A stretch of 58,026 nucleotides of DNA, filler included, from Basidioascus undulatus (lineage: Eukaryota), in the NCBI GenBank assembly GCA_000826855.1. It is 7 parts of 7 records of this genome, joined end to end, with 100 filler letters (N's around TTAATTAATTAA, not from the genome) between each part and the next. Parts side by side here need not be neighbours in the genome. Positions count along the whole stretch, not along the records: positions 1 to 8,226 come from JTLS01001422.1; positions 8,327 to 16,543 come from JTLS01001423.1; 5 more parts are not named here. One strand, written 5' to 3'. The notes beneath the pieces were generated by a model that saw only the letters and a program-made list of their open reading frames with translations, made no database searches and was not told the origin of the DNA. This document shows positions 1 to 10,038 of the stretch, one piece after another. Every line of letters begins with the position of its first letter. The stretch's first letter is position 1. The position numbers and the translations under genes were made by a program.

Positions 1-678
1 CGCTCTTCCCGTGTGCGCCGTCCTCCCAGATCACAGCACTCGCCCGCCACATCCTATGCCTACCCGCAGTCGTCCCCCGTCACGACGCCCGCCCCCATGC
101 AGCAGCAGCAGCAGCAGCAGCAGCGGCCCGCGCTGCAGCAGCCCGCGGCGCCGACGGGCAAGGAGGCCGCGACGTTCGAGCGCTTCAAGCTGCACAACAT
201 CGTCGTCTCCAACAAGTGGGTGCGCACGCACGCGATTGTCCTCCCCGGCGGCGTGTCGAAGCGCTTCGAGCTCGAGGCCTTCGTAGCCGGCACGGCCGCT
301 GCCGCGCGCGCGAAGGCCAAGACGCCCGCGCCCACGCCCTCCCCCGTGCCGGAGGTCAAGGCGGAGGCGATGGAGGTGGACGAGCTGGAGGAGGCGGGGG
401 AGCACGCCGAGGCGAACGGGCTCCTCACCGCTGAGAACGCCGCGTCTGTGGTGCCCGAGGGCCCGAACGCGGAGGACGTCCTCGTCCGCTGCAACGGTGT
501 CCACGTCGAGCGCGTCCCCACCCCCACGGACGGCTCGAGGCGCCCCTGGGCGTGGGCGCTCGACTTGCTCCCTGCACGGACGAACGCGCTCGAGGTATAC
601 GTCGCGCGCCGGGACGAGAACGGGCTGCGCATGTCAAGCACGGAGCTGTACAAGCTGTTCGTCACTGTGAACCGATAG
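1..678 (+). CDS. 3' end of a gene cut by the contig start; probable C-terminal Ig-like domain of an RSC/polybromo-type chromatin remodelling subunit
   Basis: Open frame to TAG at 676-678 with strong GC3 bias. A Q/P-rich linker is followed by beta-strand-like blocks (WVRTHAIVL, VLVRCNG, WALDLLPARTNALEVYV, ELYKLFVT) that resemble fungal Rsc1/2/4-type C-termini. The product call is by recall only. Confidence 0.45.
   Translation, partial: RSSRVRRPPRSQHSPATSYAYPQSSPVTTPAPMQQQQQQQQRPALQQPAAPTGKEAATFERFKLHNIVVSNKWVRTHAIVLPGGVSKRFELEAFVAGTAAAARAKAKTPAPTPSPVPEVKAEAMEVDELEEAGEHAEANGLLTAENAASVVPEGPNAEDVLVRCNGVHVERVPTPTDGSRRPWAWALDLLPARTNALEVYVARRDENGLRMSSTELYKLFVTVNR
100..123 (+). repeat. (CAG)8 microsatellite encoding polyQ
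   Basis: Eight perfect CAG units in frame. Confidence 0.9.
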
Positions 679-1025
679 TTCCTTTTGCTCGATTATTCTT
701 TTCTTTCACGTTGACGTGATGTAATTGTGCTACTATTGCTTGCGTGCTTGCACCCTGCGCCCCTTGCTCTGCCGCCCTGTTGTTCAATATAGTTTTTCCG
801 CTGCCTCGTTCTGCGTGCTTCCGTTTGCACTGCAGTTCGCGGACAATGCACAAGCTGGCACAGAAGAAAGCGGTGCGACGTGGATATGCAATGCAATATG
901 GAGGCTAGAACAATGAGGATGCGAACGATGCGATGTGAAACGAGAAACGAATCAAATAGAAAATTGCAGAACGAAAAGGGAAAAAGTCCATGGCCCACGC
1001 GATGCTAGAAGATGGCCGAGTATCC

Positions 1026-3479
1026 TCAGAAGAACGAAGCGTCCTCTCCGAACCCGTCCCACTCGCGCTCTGCGTCGCTGTCGTCGTCGTCGTTATCCTC
1101 AGGCTCGGGTTCGTACACCCTGTATCGTCCCTTAGCCTGCCACGGTAGCGGCGGTTGGGCCGAGGCGGTGGTGCGCGACGCATAGTCACCGCGGACGAGC
1201 GCCTCCCGCTCGGCGTACGTGTACGGCCGGATCTCGTAGCCCTCCGAGCCGCGCCTAACGCGCGAGAAGCGCGGGGCTTCTTCGGGCTCGGGTTCGTACT
1301 CGTCCTCAGACGACGCGATGGAGGGCGAGGAGGACGTGCGCGGCGGGGAGGGCGACTCGTCGCCGAGGCCGGGACGCTCGTACGGCGCACGCCGGCGGAT
1401 AGCGCCGGAGGTGGGAACGAGCGCGGGATTGAGCGTGTCGGTGCCGTATGTCCATGGGGAGGACCGGAGCGGGCGCGGGGTGTACCGCCGCGGGTCGTTG
1501 TACGGGTCTTTGGGAGGCCAGATGAAGGGGAGGTTGGGATCTGCGGGGGTCGGGAAGGGAAGATGGTCAGCGCCCGATGTTTGAGAAGGCGCCTGCGCTT
1601 GCTGTGCGTGTGTACGACGTGCGGGTAGCCCTGAGGAGGCGAGGAGTGGAGGGAAAATGAGCTTACAGCGTGAAATGAAAGAAGATGCGAAGCGCGGGAG
1701 GGGCTGACCTCTGGCTGACCCTCCCTCGCGCGAAAGCAGAAGACGAATTACAACAAAATGCGGCATGTGCGAATGCGAAAAGAAGAACGTCGCGACGTGC
1801 AGTGACCCCAACCCATCATCATCGTCAACCCAAATCCCCGACCCCAACCACCCACTAAAGCAGCGCGGTCAGACGAGCTCCCTCAGGGCCTTCTCGAGCT
1901 TGCGCTGCTCACGCTCCCACAGCCGCGCACGGCGGCGCTCGTCAGGCGTGAGCTCGCGCGAGAGGCTCTGGCCGTCGTCGAGCTCGACGTGCCCGCGCTC
2001 GCGCTTGCCGCGGATCATGCTCCGCCCGCGCTCGTGCACCTCGACCCACTTGCCTGTGCCCTCCGCCGTCGGGAACGAGAGCCCGCTGCCCCGCATCCGC
2101 TGCGGCCAGCACCACAGGAGCGGACGCGGGCCCAGGACGGTGCAGATGTTCGCGTAGACACCGAGGTGGTAGGGGAACTTAACCTGTGGGAGCGGAGGGG
2201 TGGGTTGAGGGGGTGGGGATGGGCGCGGACGAGAGATGGTAGGGGAATATGCACCTCCCGGATGCGTCCGCGGCGGACGAGGGTGGCAACCTTGTCTTTC
2301 TCCCATGACTCGATGGTCGTTGTGTTGGTGAACACGCAGTAGAAGTGGTACAGGCTGCGAACAGATCCGCGTCAGCCCAGCGAGCGCCAGTGCACCTCTC
2401 CAGAAGACTGCGATGCGCACCTGAAGATCCCGACTGCGAACAGCACCGGCACGCAGGCCGTATAGTTAAGGATGATCATTACGATCTCGGTGCCTGTTGG
2501 GGTGCGCTGCCGAAAACCATTTCAGCCGAGCGGAAGGGACGCAGGTTGGAAGTGAGACGCTGCGAGGGCGCACGCGGTAGTCCGTATCCAAGACGCGCTT
2601 GGTGAGGAGGACGATGTGGTAGATGCACGAGACGTCGATGTAAAAGAGGAAGCGGACGAAGTGCCCGTAGTTGTAGTGACCGACACAGCTGTGGGAAGTC
2701 CGGGGGTCAGGATTCCGGGGGAAAGCTGGGAACTGATTGAAGGCGGAGGGCTGACTTGTTGACCCATGGGCAGTACTGGTGGCGGTGTGGAGGGTGAGTG
2801 GGGGTGGAGGAGAGACATGAGAATAGGAACGTGCATGGTCCATGCGCAGAATACAGCGCCCACTCTGCCGACAGTGATGTGCTCGAGCTGCGAGCAGGTG
2901 CAGCGTGTCAGCATGCCCGATCCTGAGCCGAATACTGCGCTCAACGGCTCACGCGGCTTGTGTGCTTCGCATGTCCGGCAGTACCGCGGCCCGCCAGTGA
3001 GCTTCTTGACCTCCATCCCCTCCGTCGACTTGAAATCCGGCATCTAGTCCACCCCCCGCAGCCTCAGCGTTCCCGCCCCCCGATCACAGCCGCGCTATGC
3101 AGGACTCACCCATCCCCTTGGTACCCCACCCGGATCGGTCGTCACGCAGAGGCGATAGTTCCACCAGATCATGGCCACTAGGAGGCTGCGGTGTGTAGGG
3201 GTCAATTAGCCGCTGCGGCGAGTTTTGGGGTGGGGTGCTGAGGAGCGGGACGCACTTGAAGGGGAGAAGGAGCTGGATGAGCTCGACGGAGAGGACGGAG
3301 CCCTTCCACGGCCAGAAGACCCAGATTTGTGAAGAGTAGGCGATGAATGCGATGAGGCTCGATGTTGAGCCAACCCTGCAGAGCGTCCAGAGCCTTGTTC
3401 AGCGCTGGCTTCCGACGAGCTGGGACGAAGAGAAGACGGACCAGATGCGACCGCAGAGCCTGGATGTTTGTTCTGACAT
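1026..3479 (-). CDS. PFA4: DHHC-family palmitoyltransferase, Pfa4/ZDHHC6-like (DHYC variant), multi-exon
   Basis: Manually spliced: [36 protein letters not shown]...[10 protein letters not shown]|...[49 protein letters not shown]...[32 protein letters not shown]...|[13 protein letters not shown]...[12 protein letters not shown]. Stop at 1026-1028. Confidence 0.93.
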
Positions 3480-3933
3480 GCTGGAGGGAGGGGATGGCTT
3501 CCGCCCGCCAGGTCTACCGGGAGAAGTGCAGACTGGGAATGGTAGGCACGGGGAGAGATGGTGGTGGTGATGATCCAAGGTCGAGATTCAACTCTCGATG
3601 TGTGAGTGAGCAAGGACGCGTCCGTCAGAGTTCATTCGGTGGACGAAGGCCCGAGCTGCCGAGACACGGCGGCCTATTGCTGCAGCGGCGAAGTCCCGCC
3701 CGAACCTGCCCTGAAGTGGCCGAGGTGCCCGCCGGATGGGCTGCGCCGCTCTTGCGCTTCACCCATCACTCACAACCACCTTACCTCATTCTCTACTCTT
3801 TTATTCTCCACACCCAAATCTACGCGAATCGAGTACTCTGATTGATCGATACCGTCGTATCCGCTAGAGCAGCTCTCCCGTCTCCGCCCGCTTTCCCCGC
3901 CCGCTTTCCCCGCCCCGACCCCGACCGCCGACA
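3480..3933. promoter_or_regulatory. Putative bidirectional promoter between PFA4 and BuGZ
   Basis: The two ATGs (3479 minus, 3934 plus) are head-to-head and 454 bp apart. Confidence 0.5.
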
Positions 3934-5625
3934 ATGGCCAAGAAGAAGAAGGCGCAGGCGAGGCCCTGGTGCGTCCTTTGCTGGGGCGGACGCAGTGGCA
4001 GCGAAAGGTGCTGATGTAGCGGGCGCAGGTGCTGGTACTGCGAGCGTGACTTTGAGGACGACAAAGGTCAGTCGTGTGTCGGTTCAGCCACCGTGCCGCG
4101 TCCCCGCTGACCCCTTCGCTTTCCTCCCCACAGTCCTCATCCAGCACCAGAAAGCCAAGCACTTCCGCTGCTCCCATTGCCCCCGCCGCCTCAACACCGC
4201 AGGCGGTCTCGCCGTCCACATCCAGCAGGTGCACAAGCTCGAGGCGACCAAGTGCATCTGTTCCCTCATCACCCAGGGTCGGTCACAGCTGATCATCCGG
4301 CGTTCACTCTCAGAATCGAGAATGCTCTCCCCGGCCGTTCGACGTTCGACGTCGAGATCTTCGGCATGGAGGGCATCCCGCCCGCCGACCTGGCCGATTA
4401 CAACAAGCGCAAGGCGGAGGAGACGGGCCAGCCGAACGCGGCGAATCTGAACCAGAATACGCCCAACAAGCGCCCCAAGCTCAACGCGACCCCGCTCTCC
4501 GAGGCCGAGCTCGCCGCACAGCTCGCAGCCCATCGCGCGCTCATGTCCGGCCAGTCCACGCCCGCGACGGCCAGCCCGAGCCCGGGACCTGCCGCGGCTA
4601 GCCCCGTGCCCGGCTACGTGCCGTATGCGGGCGCACCGCCCGCCGCGGGCTCGCCGTACCCCCCTGCGCACGTCGCGTACCTGGGCTACCCGCCGTCGTA
4701 TCCTCCCCCGCCTGGAGTCGCTGTCCCACCGGGCGTGCCTCCGCCCGGGATGTCGCCATACGGCGTTCCCCCGCCCGGTGTCCCCCCCCCTGGCGTCGCT
4801 CGTCCCCCCTTCCCTCCTCCAGGGTGCGTTCGGCTTGCCTTAGATGAAAGACATGAAGCGGCTGTACTAACCCGAGGGACAATGCAGCATGCCTCCTTTC
4901 CCTCCTCCGCCAGGTGTCGCGGCACCTCCCGGCGTTCCGCCTTTCCCTCCTCCCCCCGGCGCCTTCCCTCCCTTCCCTCCCCCCCGCATGTCTCCTCCTC
5001 CAGGCGTCGCGCCTCCCACTGCCCCTGCTGCGGCAGCCGGCCTCCCTCCTCCCCCAGCTGGCCTGCCCGTCCGCCCGTCGTTCCTCCCCTCCAACGGCTA
5101 CAGCATTCCCGAGCAGACGCCGGCCGCGGCTGCTGCGGCTACCGTCGGAACGCCCGGCCAGGGCCAGGCAACGCCGGGAGCACCCCCGGCCGGCGCGGTG
5201 GGCTCGCCCGCTCCCGCGGCTGCTGGCGGGGAGGCCACACCGGTGAGGCCAGCGTTGCCCGCGGGCGCGATGATGGTTTGGTCGGATTTGGTGCTGTCGC
5301 CTGTGAGCAGCAGATTTCTTCTCGCAACGGACAGGCTGGCGCGGTTTCTGAAGTGCACGTTGCTCGACATTTGCAGGAGGAGAAGCGCGCACGGACGTTC
5401 GCTTCGAAGTACGGCTACGTCCCGCCCTCGTCGCCGACCCCTGTGCCGGCCGTCTCGAACGGCGACGCCGTGAAGGCCGAGCCCGACGCCACCGCGCCCG
5501 TCAAGCCCCAGCCCGAGAGCGCACCCGCCAAAACCGAGCCCACTGCTGCTTCCGACCAAGTGCCAGCCGCGGCGCCCCCGAAAACGGGCAAGGCGGGTCG
5601 CGCTACTGCCGCCGACTTCCTGTGA
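3934..5625 (+). CDS. ZNF207: BuGZ/ZNF207-like C2H2 zinc-finger protein with a proline-rich low-complexity tail, multi-exon
   Basis: Spliced N-terminus MAKKKKAQARPW|CWYCERDFEDDK|VLIQHQKAKHFRCSHCPRRLNTAGGLAVHIQQVHK|...IENALPGRSTFDVEIFGMEGIP, ending ATAADFL with TGA at 5623-5625. Confidence 0.9.
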
Positions 5626-6571
5626 GCTTGGCATGGCGCATGGGCGTGGGCTGTTCCCGGGGGGGAAGGGGGATCCTCACCGCGCAGGTGCTCGTCTATC
5701 GTTCCGGCCCCTCGCACGCGTCCGCGCACGGCTATCCCCCAGTCCGTCCCGTCCCCTCGGCCGCTCCTTCCCTCGTCTCCCTGCTTGGCTCCCGTGCATT
5801 GCATTCCCTTCTCACGCTAGCCCCTCCCCTCCTCCCGCACGTAACGTACGTACCGGCTAAATGCCCGACCGTGAGAAAGTATCATTACACCATGTATGTT
5901 CTGCTCTTTTCTTGATCATGTTCACGCGCATCAAGGTAGCGTGCCCTTTTCCCTCTTGTCCCGCTCGGCGGTTGCTGTGGGTGCGGTGAGTGGAAGCTTT
6001 TTCCCGGTCCTTTGTCCTTGTTGCAAGGCACGAAGAGGTAGCGTGCTTGCTTGCTTTGCTCGCTGGTCATTGAGTCTTTTGAGAACGGAATCGAGGCGTT
6101 CATAAGTCCACTCCAGGCAACGCTGCTGTTCGTCCAAGCATTCTTGTTGCGCCCGTGCGCAATACCGTGAGTTTGTCAATCAGTCACGCTGCGTCCGGGA
6201 GGGAGAGACCGTCAGGGTGTGGCGATGGCGTGGAGGAATGAATGACTCGTCTGAAGTCTGGCTGCTTGCGTTTGGTGATCTACGATGTGGGGAGCGCGTG
6301 GGTGGATTGTGAAAGGCCGTCATGGGAGAGGTGACCAATTAGGAGGTACAGGATGGGCACCGAATGCCGCGATCGCGGGCAGACCGGCCTGAGAGAAATG
6401 ACGGAGAAAGACAACGCGACTTCTGCGCCCGTTCTGTACATTCTTTGGCTTTCCCGGAAGGGAACCTGCGTCTGTCACGGCTTGGAAAACGACTCCAATG
6501 CAGAAAGGAACTTACGTTGTCGTTCCGAGCGTTGGAGGTAAGATTCTCGCCATGGAGAGGGTAGTCATGGG

Positions 6572-6656
6572 TCTTTGGTGGCGCAATTGGCTAGCGCGTC
6601 CGACTGTTACTGTACTAGTAATCGGGAGGTTGTGAGTTCGAGTCTCACCCGAAGAG
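6572..6656 (+). tRNA. tRNA-Asn (GTT) with an 11-nt intron at 6610-6620
   Basis: Acceptor stem TCTTTGG/CCGAAGA, D-arm GCGC-AATTGGCTA-GCGC, anticodon stem TCCGA/TCGGG with CT-GTT-A, canonical 37/38 intron, T-arm GTGAG-TTCGAGT-CTCAC, and T-runs downstream. Confidence 0.95.
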
Positions 6657-6699
6657 CAGTTTGTTTTGTTTTACTGCTCTTGCCGATATGTTTTTATAT

Positions 6700-7760
6700 T
6701 TGAGTCATGTGTGCAAAGCTCAGTTGAGCTGCCTGACTTGTGCCCTACCTTCTATGCTAATGCAAACAGGTTGGCTGTGATCTGCAACAGTCACTTCTGC
6801 TGCATAATAGAAACTTATTGTGACTGATGCATACAGTATGTTTTTATGCCAAAAGTTCATGATAACAAAACACCAGTTGAGTGCTGAAGGAGCTAAAATA
6901 CAGCAAATGAATCAGACCCACACAGCTGTTCGCACAGGTAATGTTCAATTTCGTGCAAAAATGAATCTCACAGAAATACACCAAACAAGACTCTGAAAAT
7001 GATCAAAGTGAAGTTGCAAAAGAAACCACTTGACAAGCCTACATCCTGCCCTCCCGAGCTTTGCTCTGCCTGTCCTGCCCGACCTGCCTGTTGACAGCCT
7101 GCACTGCCTTCTGCTTTGCTGGCCAGCTGCATACCTTGCCCCTCTTTCCCACACTGTTGTGCACAATTCCCTCGAGCTGGGCTTTAGGGCACTTGCTGGG
7201 CTTCCCTATGGTAGCCCTGCTCCAGTCAATCTCAGGGGGTGATGCGCTTCTTGTCTAAAGACTCAGATGAAGCAGGTGGCCCCTCCTGGATGACCTTCAA
7301 TTCAGAAGGCTGGGGGAAAGGCTTGACTGCCACAGCTCCCCAGCTTTAGCATTGATCAAGATCTGAGACAAAGCTTCTCCATCAACCGCCCGCCGCTCGT
7401 TCTCTGGGCAGCACAAGTTGTCCTCCTCCCCCCTGACCTGGACTACACCAAGGCTACTATAAGGAAGGCCAGCAAGGTCCCCAAAGTCCAACCTATGGAG
7501 ATACTGCTCAGTGTGCCCTGTATGCAAGCCAAGGGAAGGAGCTGGGGAAGGAGCTGGGATGCAAAGCGCAAGTCCGTGCAAGCTGTGAACCGGGAAGGCA
7601 GAGCAGGGCCCGGGATGGCGCAGGTGGGAAGTAACTAGGCAGGCCAGGTTCTCTGTTGGCAAGTGCTCTTTAAAAGATTCCAAAGACTACATTGAGTTGT
7701 TGAAATTTCATGAAGCGCTCATTGGTTACATATTCTTGTTGCCTGTGTGTACATGGTTGA
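6700..7760. mobile_element. CpG-depleted degenerate repeat or transposon relic, family unidentified
   Basis: CpG is sharply depleted and TpG/CpA enriched relative to the flanking genes. The tract holds broken coding-like frames and a diverged inverted duplication (~7150-7240 vs ~7425-7515). Confidence 0.35.
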
Positions 7761-8226
7761 CTATGAGCCTGCGACTGCTGCACAGGCCACACGGCCATGT
7801 TGCTGTATTGTTCTCAGGCTGGCAGTCATCTGTCGGTCAATAATTAGGAGTATTGACTCGAAGTAAATACCCGCAGCAGCATGAACGGTCAATTTGTGTA
7901 AATTACAGTACCTTACTGTGACCGCGAAGAGAAACCTGCCCAGTTGATTGGCGGTTGTGCTTTGGAATCACTCCTGTTTCCCTTCAATGACTTGTTGAAA
8001 GGTATATCTGATTCCGAGTTTATCAACGTACCGCGGGACTGATAGGTCGGGCAATGTGGTGCCAAGCCTCCTGCGTCACCTTGGTACACAGAACTCACAC
8101 TCTGAGGGGTGTAATTTCCGGCGCGCCTACAGTTGCTCATTCACTCCAGCCAACCTCATTTCATCTCACCAAAGCCTCATCAACCCCCACCCCCCCATCT
8201 TCCCCCCCATCTTTCTTCCTGTTCTC

Positions 8227-8326
8227 NNNNNNNNNNNNNNNNNNNNNNNNNNNNNNNNNNNNNNNNNNNNTTAATTAATTAANNNNNNNNNNNNNNNNNN
8301 NNNNNNNNNNNNNNNNNNNNNNNNNN
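8227..8326. other. Artificial 100-nt contig spacer with TTAATTAATTAA linker
   Basis: N44-TTAATTAATTAA-N44. Confidence 0.99.
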
Positions 8327-9223
8327 GAGGGAGGTGAGAGGAAGGGGATGCCCACCCAGGCGGATCGACCTGCAGCCCCTCGCGCCCTGCGCACCCCAGA
8401 CGGCGGAGGTTGATGTTGACAATGAGCGAGTCGAGCACGTCGTCGATCGACCCGCGCGGGAGCTGGACAATGACGAGGTCGGAGCGGAAGGAGGAGATGG
8501 AGGTGACGCTCAGGCGGCCGAGGTCGGTCTGCGTGGGGAGGGGAGGGGAGATTAGGTGTGGGGAGGAGGGAAGGGAAGGGAAGGCAGGGGACACACTTGC
8601 TTGTCTCGGGCTCCGTCGGTGAATAGCTCTTTGAGCGCACGGGTGATCTCGGCTTCTTGCTCGGCGGACGGGAGCGAGCGGAAGGGGCAGTAGATGTCGA
8701 CGAGGATCTGTGTGTTCGAGTAAGACCTCGGCCTTATGTCCGGCTCGATCTGTGGAATAAACACACCTTGTCTCCAGCCGTATCGCCAGTATAGTTGACG
8801 ATCGTCTCAGACTTGGGATTGCGCTCGATGATCCTGCAGGGGTGGAAGCAGTCAGCACACCAAACGCCCGCGCTCAAATCCTCAAGCAACTCACCACCTC
8901 TCCACCGCATAAAGCTGGTACCCCCAGAGCTCCACGCCCGCTCTCTCGAGCTTCAACCCCAGCCCTCCCGCTCCTGCCCCGCGGGTGATGCGCTGCCTCG
9001 CCCGCTCAGAGGAGGGGACAACGAGGCGGCGTCTGTGGGCCGCGTCGTCTGATTTGGAGGTTGAGGTGGGTTCTCCGGGGTGAGGAGGGGGCGCGGAGAG
9101 CTGGGCATGCGTGTGCGAGGGCGCGCTGCTGTTGGTGCTGGATGAGGCTGGGGGGGAGAACGCGGTGCGAGGTGGGAGAGCGCCGAGGGGCGAGCGGAGA
9201 TCGTGCGAGATACGGGTGGGCAT
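8327..9223 (-). CDS. Stb2/Stb6 (Sin3-binding) family protein, 5' part, cut by the contig end
   Basis: LWGYQLYAVERW|IIERNPKSETIVNYTGD...DGARDKQ|TDLGRLSVTSISSFRSDLVIVQLPRG...IVNINLRRLGCAGREGLQVDPP matches the recalled STB6 N-terminal pattern (GYELYxVEQW...YTGD...T.LG.L.VT.LS.F.S.L...N.NL.RLGC.GR). Confidence 0.8.
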
Positions 9224-10038
9224 GCGATGAGTGGTGAATGACCGAATGAGGATTCAAGGTGCTGGAATGTGAATATAAATTGGACTGAAAGTGCGTAAGA
9301 TGACTGGAGAGATGGAGACGGTAGGCGGCGAGGAGACAGCCTCAGGCAGCGGTCATGATCGTCGTGCGTCTTTACACGTGCTGTGCTTCTGAATCCTGAA
9401 TCCCCACTTCACCCGCGGCCCTGCCTCGGGCTGTCCGGAAGCATTCTCGCGGCCGTCCCCTTGCGTCCCCGCCCAATCCCGCCGCCTGTGGTCTTCCTCC
9501 TTCGCCTTCTCCGTCAACCCCCATCTCTTTCGCTGTCGTTGTCTCGCAACTGGCCCTTCCAGCGGCCACAGTATATTCAAATGCTGCACGCGAGGATTCT
9601 GACAGGTGCTGGCGCGACCGGGGCCCACTCAGCGTGCCGTGCGCCTTTCCTTCCCGTCTTCTCTCCGATCTCCGCGCTCCCCACGCCGAAGGCTGACAAC
9701 TGGTTCTCGCCGCTTCATAGTCCCGCCTGCAGTGCCAATACTTCGAGCTGGGGCCCGCCGTGTGATCACTGGCCGCACGTACTGTGCGTTGAGGGGCTTG
9801 CGAAAGGTGTGGTGAAGCCCGGCGAGCGGAGGGACTAACGTGGAAGAGGAGCGCTACAGATCGCGCTGCGGGCGCGCTGGGGGATGTTTCTTTGCACCGA
9901 AGGAGGATGTCATCGAATGTATGCCCATTTCCTCGCGTATGGCATTGTTGCAGCCATGCTGAGGAACGTACTCTCTTCAGACCGGCCTGGTCGGTATGTT
10001 GCTGTTCAGTGCTCCAGTTTCCAGCCGGAAAGCTAAGA

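Noticed and set aside
8271..8282. TTAATTAATTAA recurring every ~8.3 kb as a biological periodic repeat
   Set aside because: It is always centred in a 100-nt N spacer, so it is an assembly linker.
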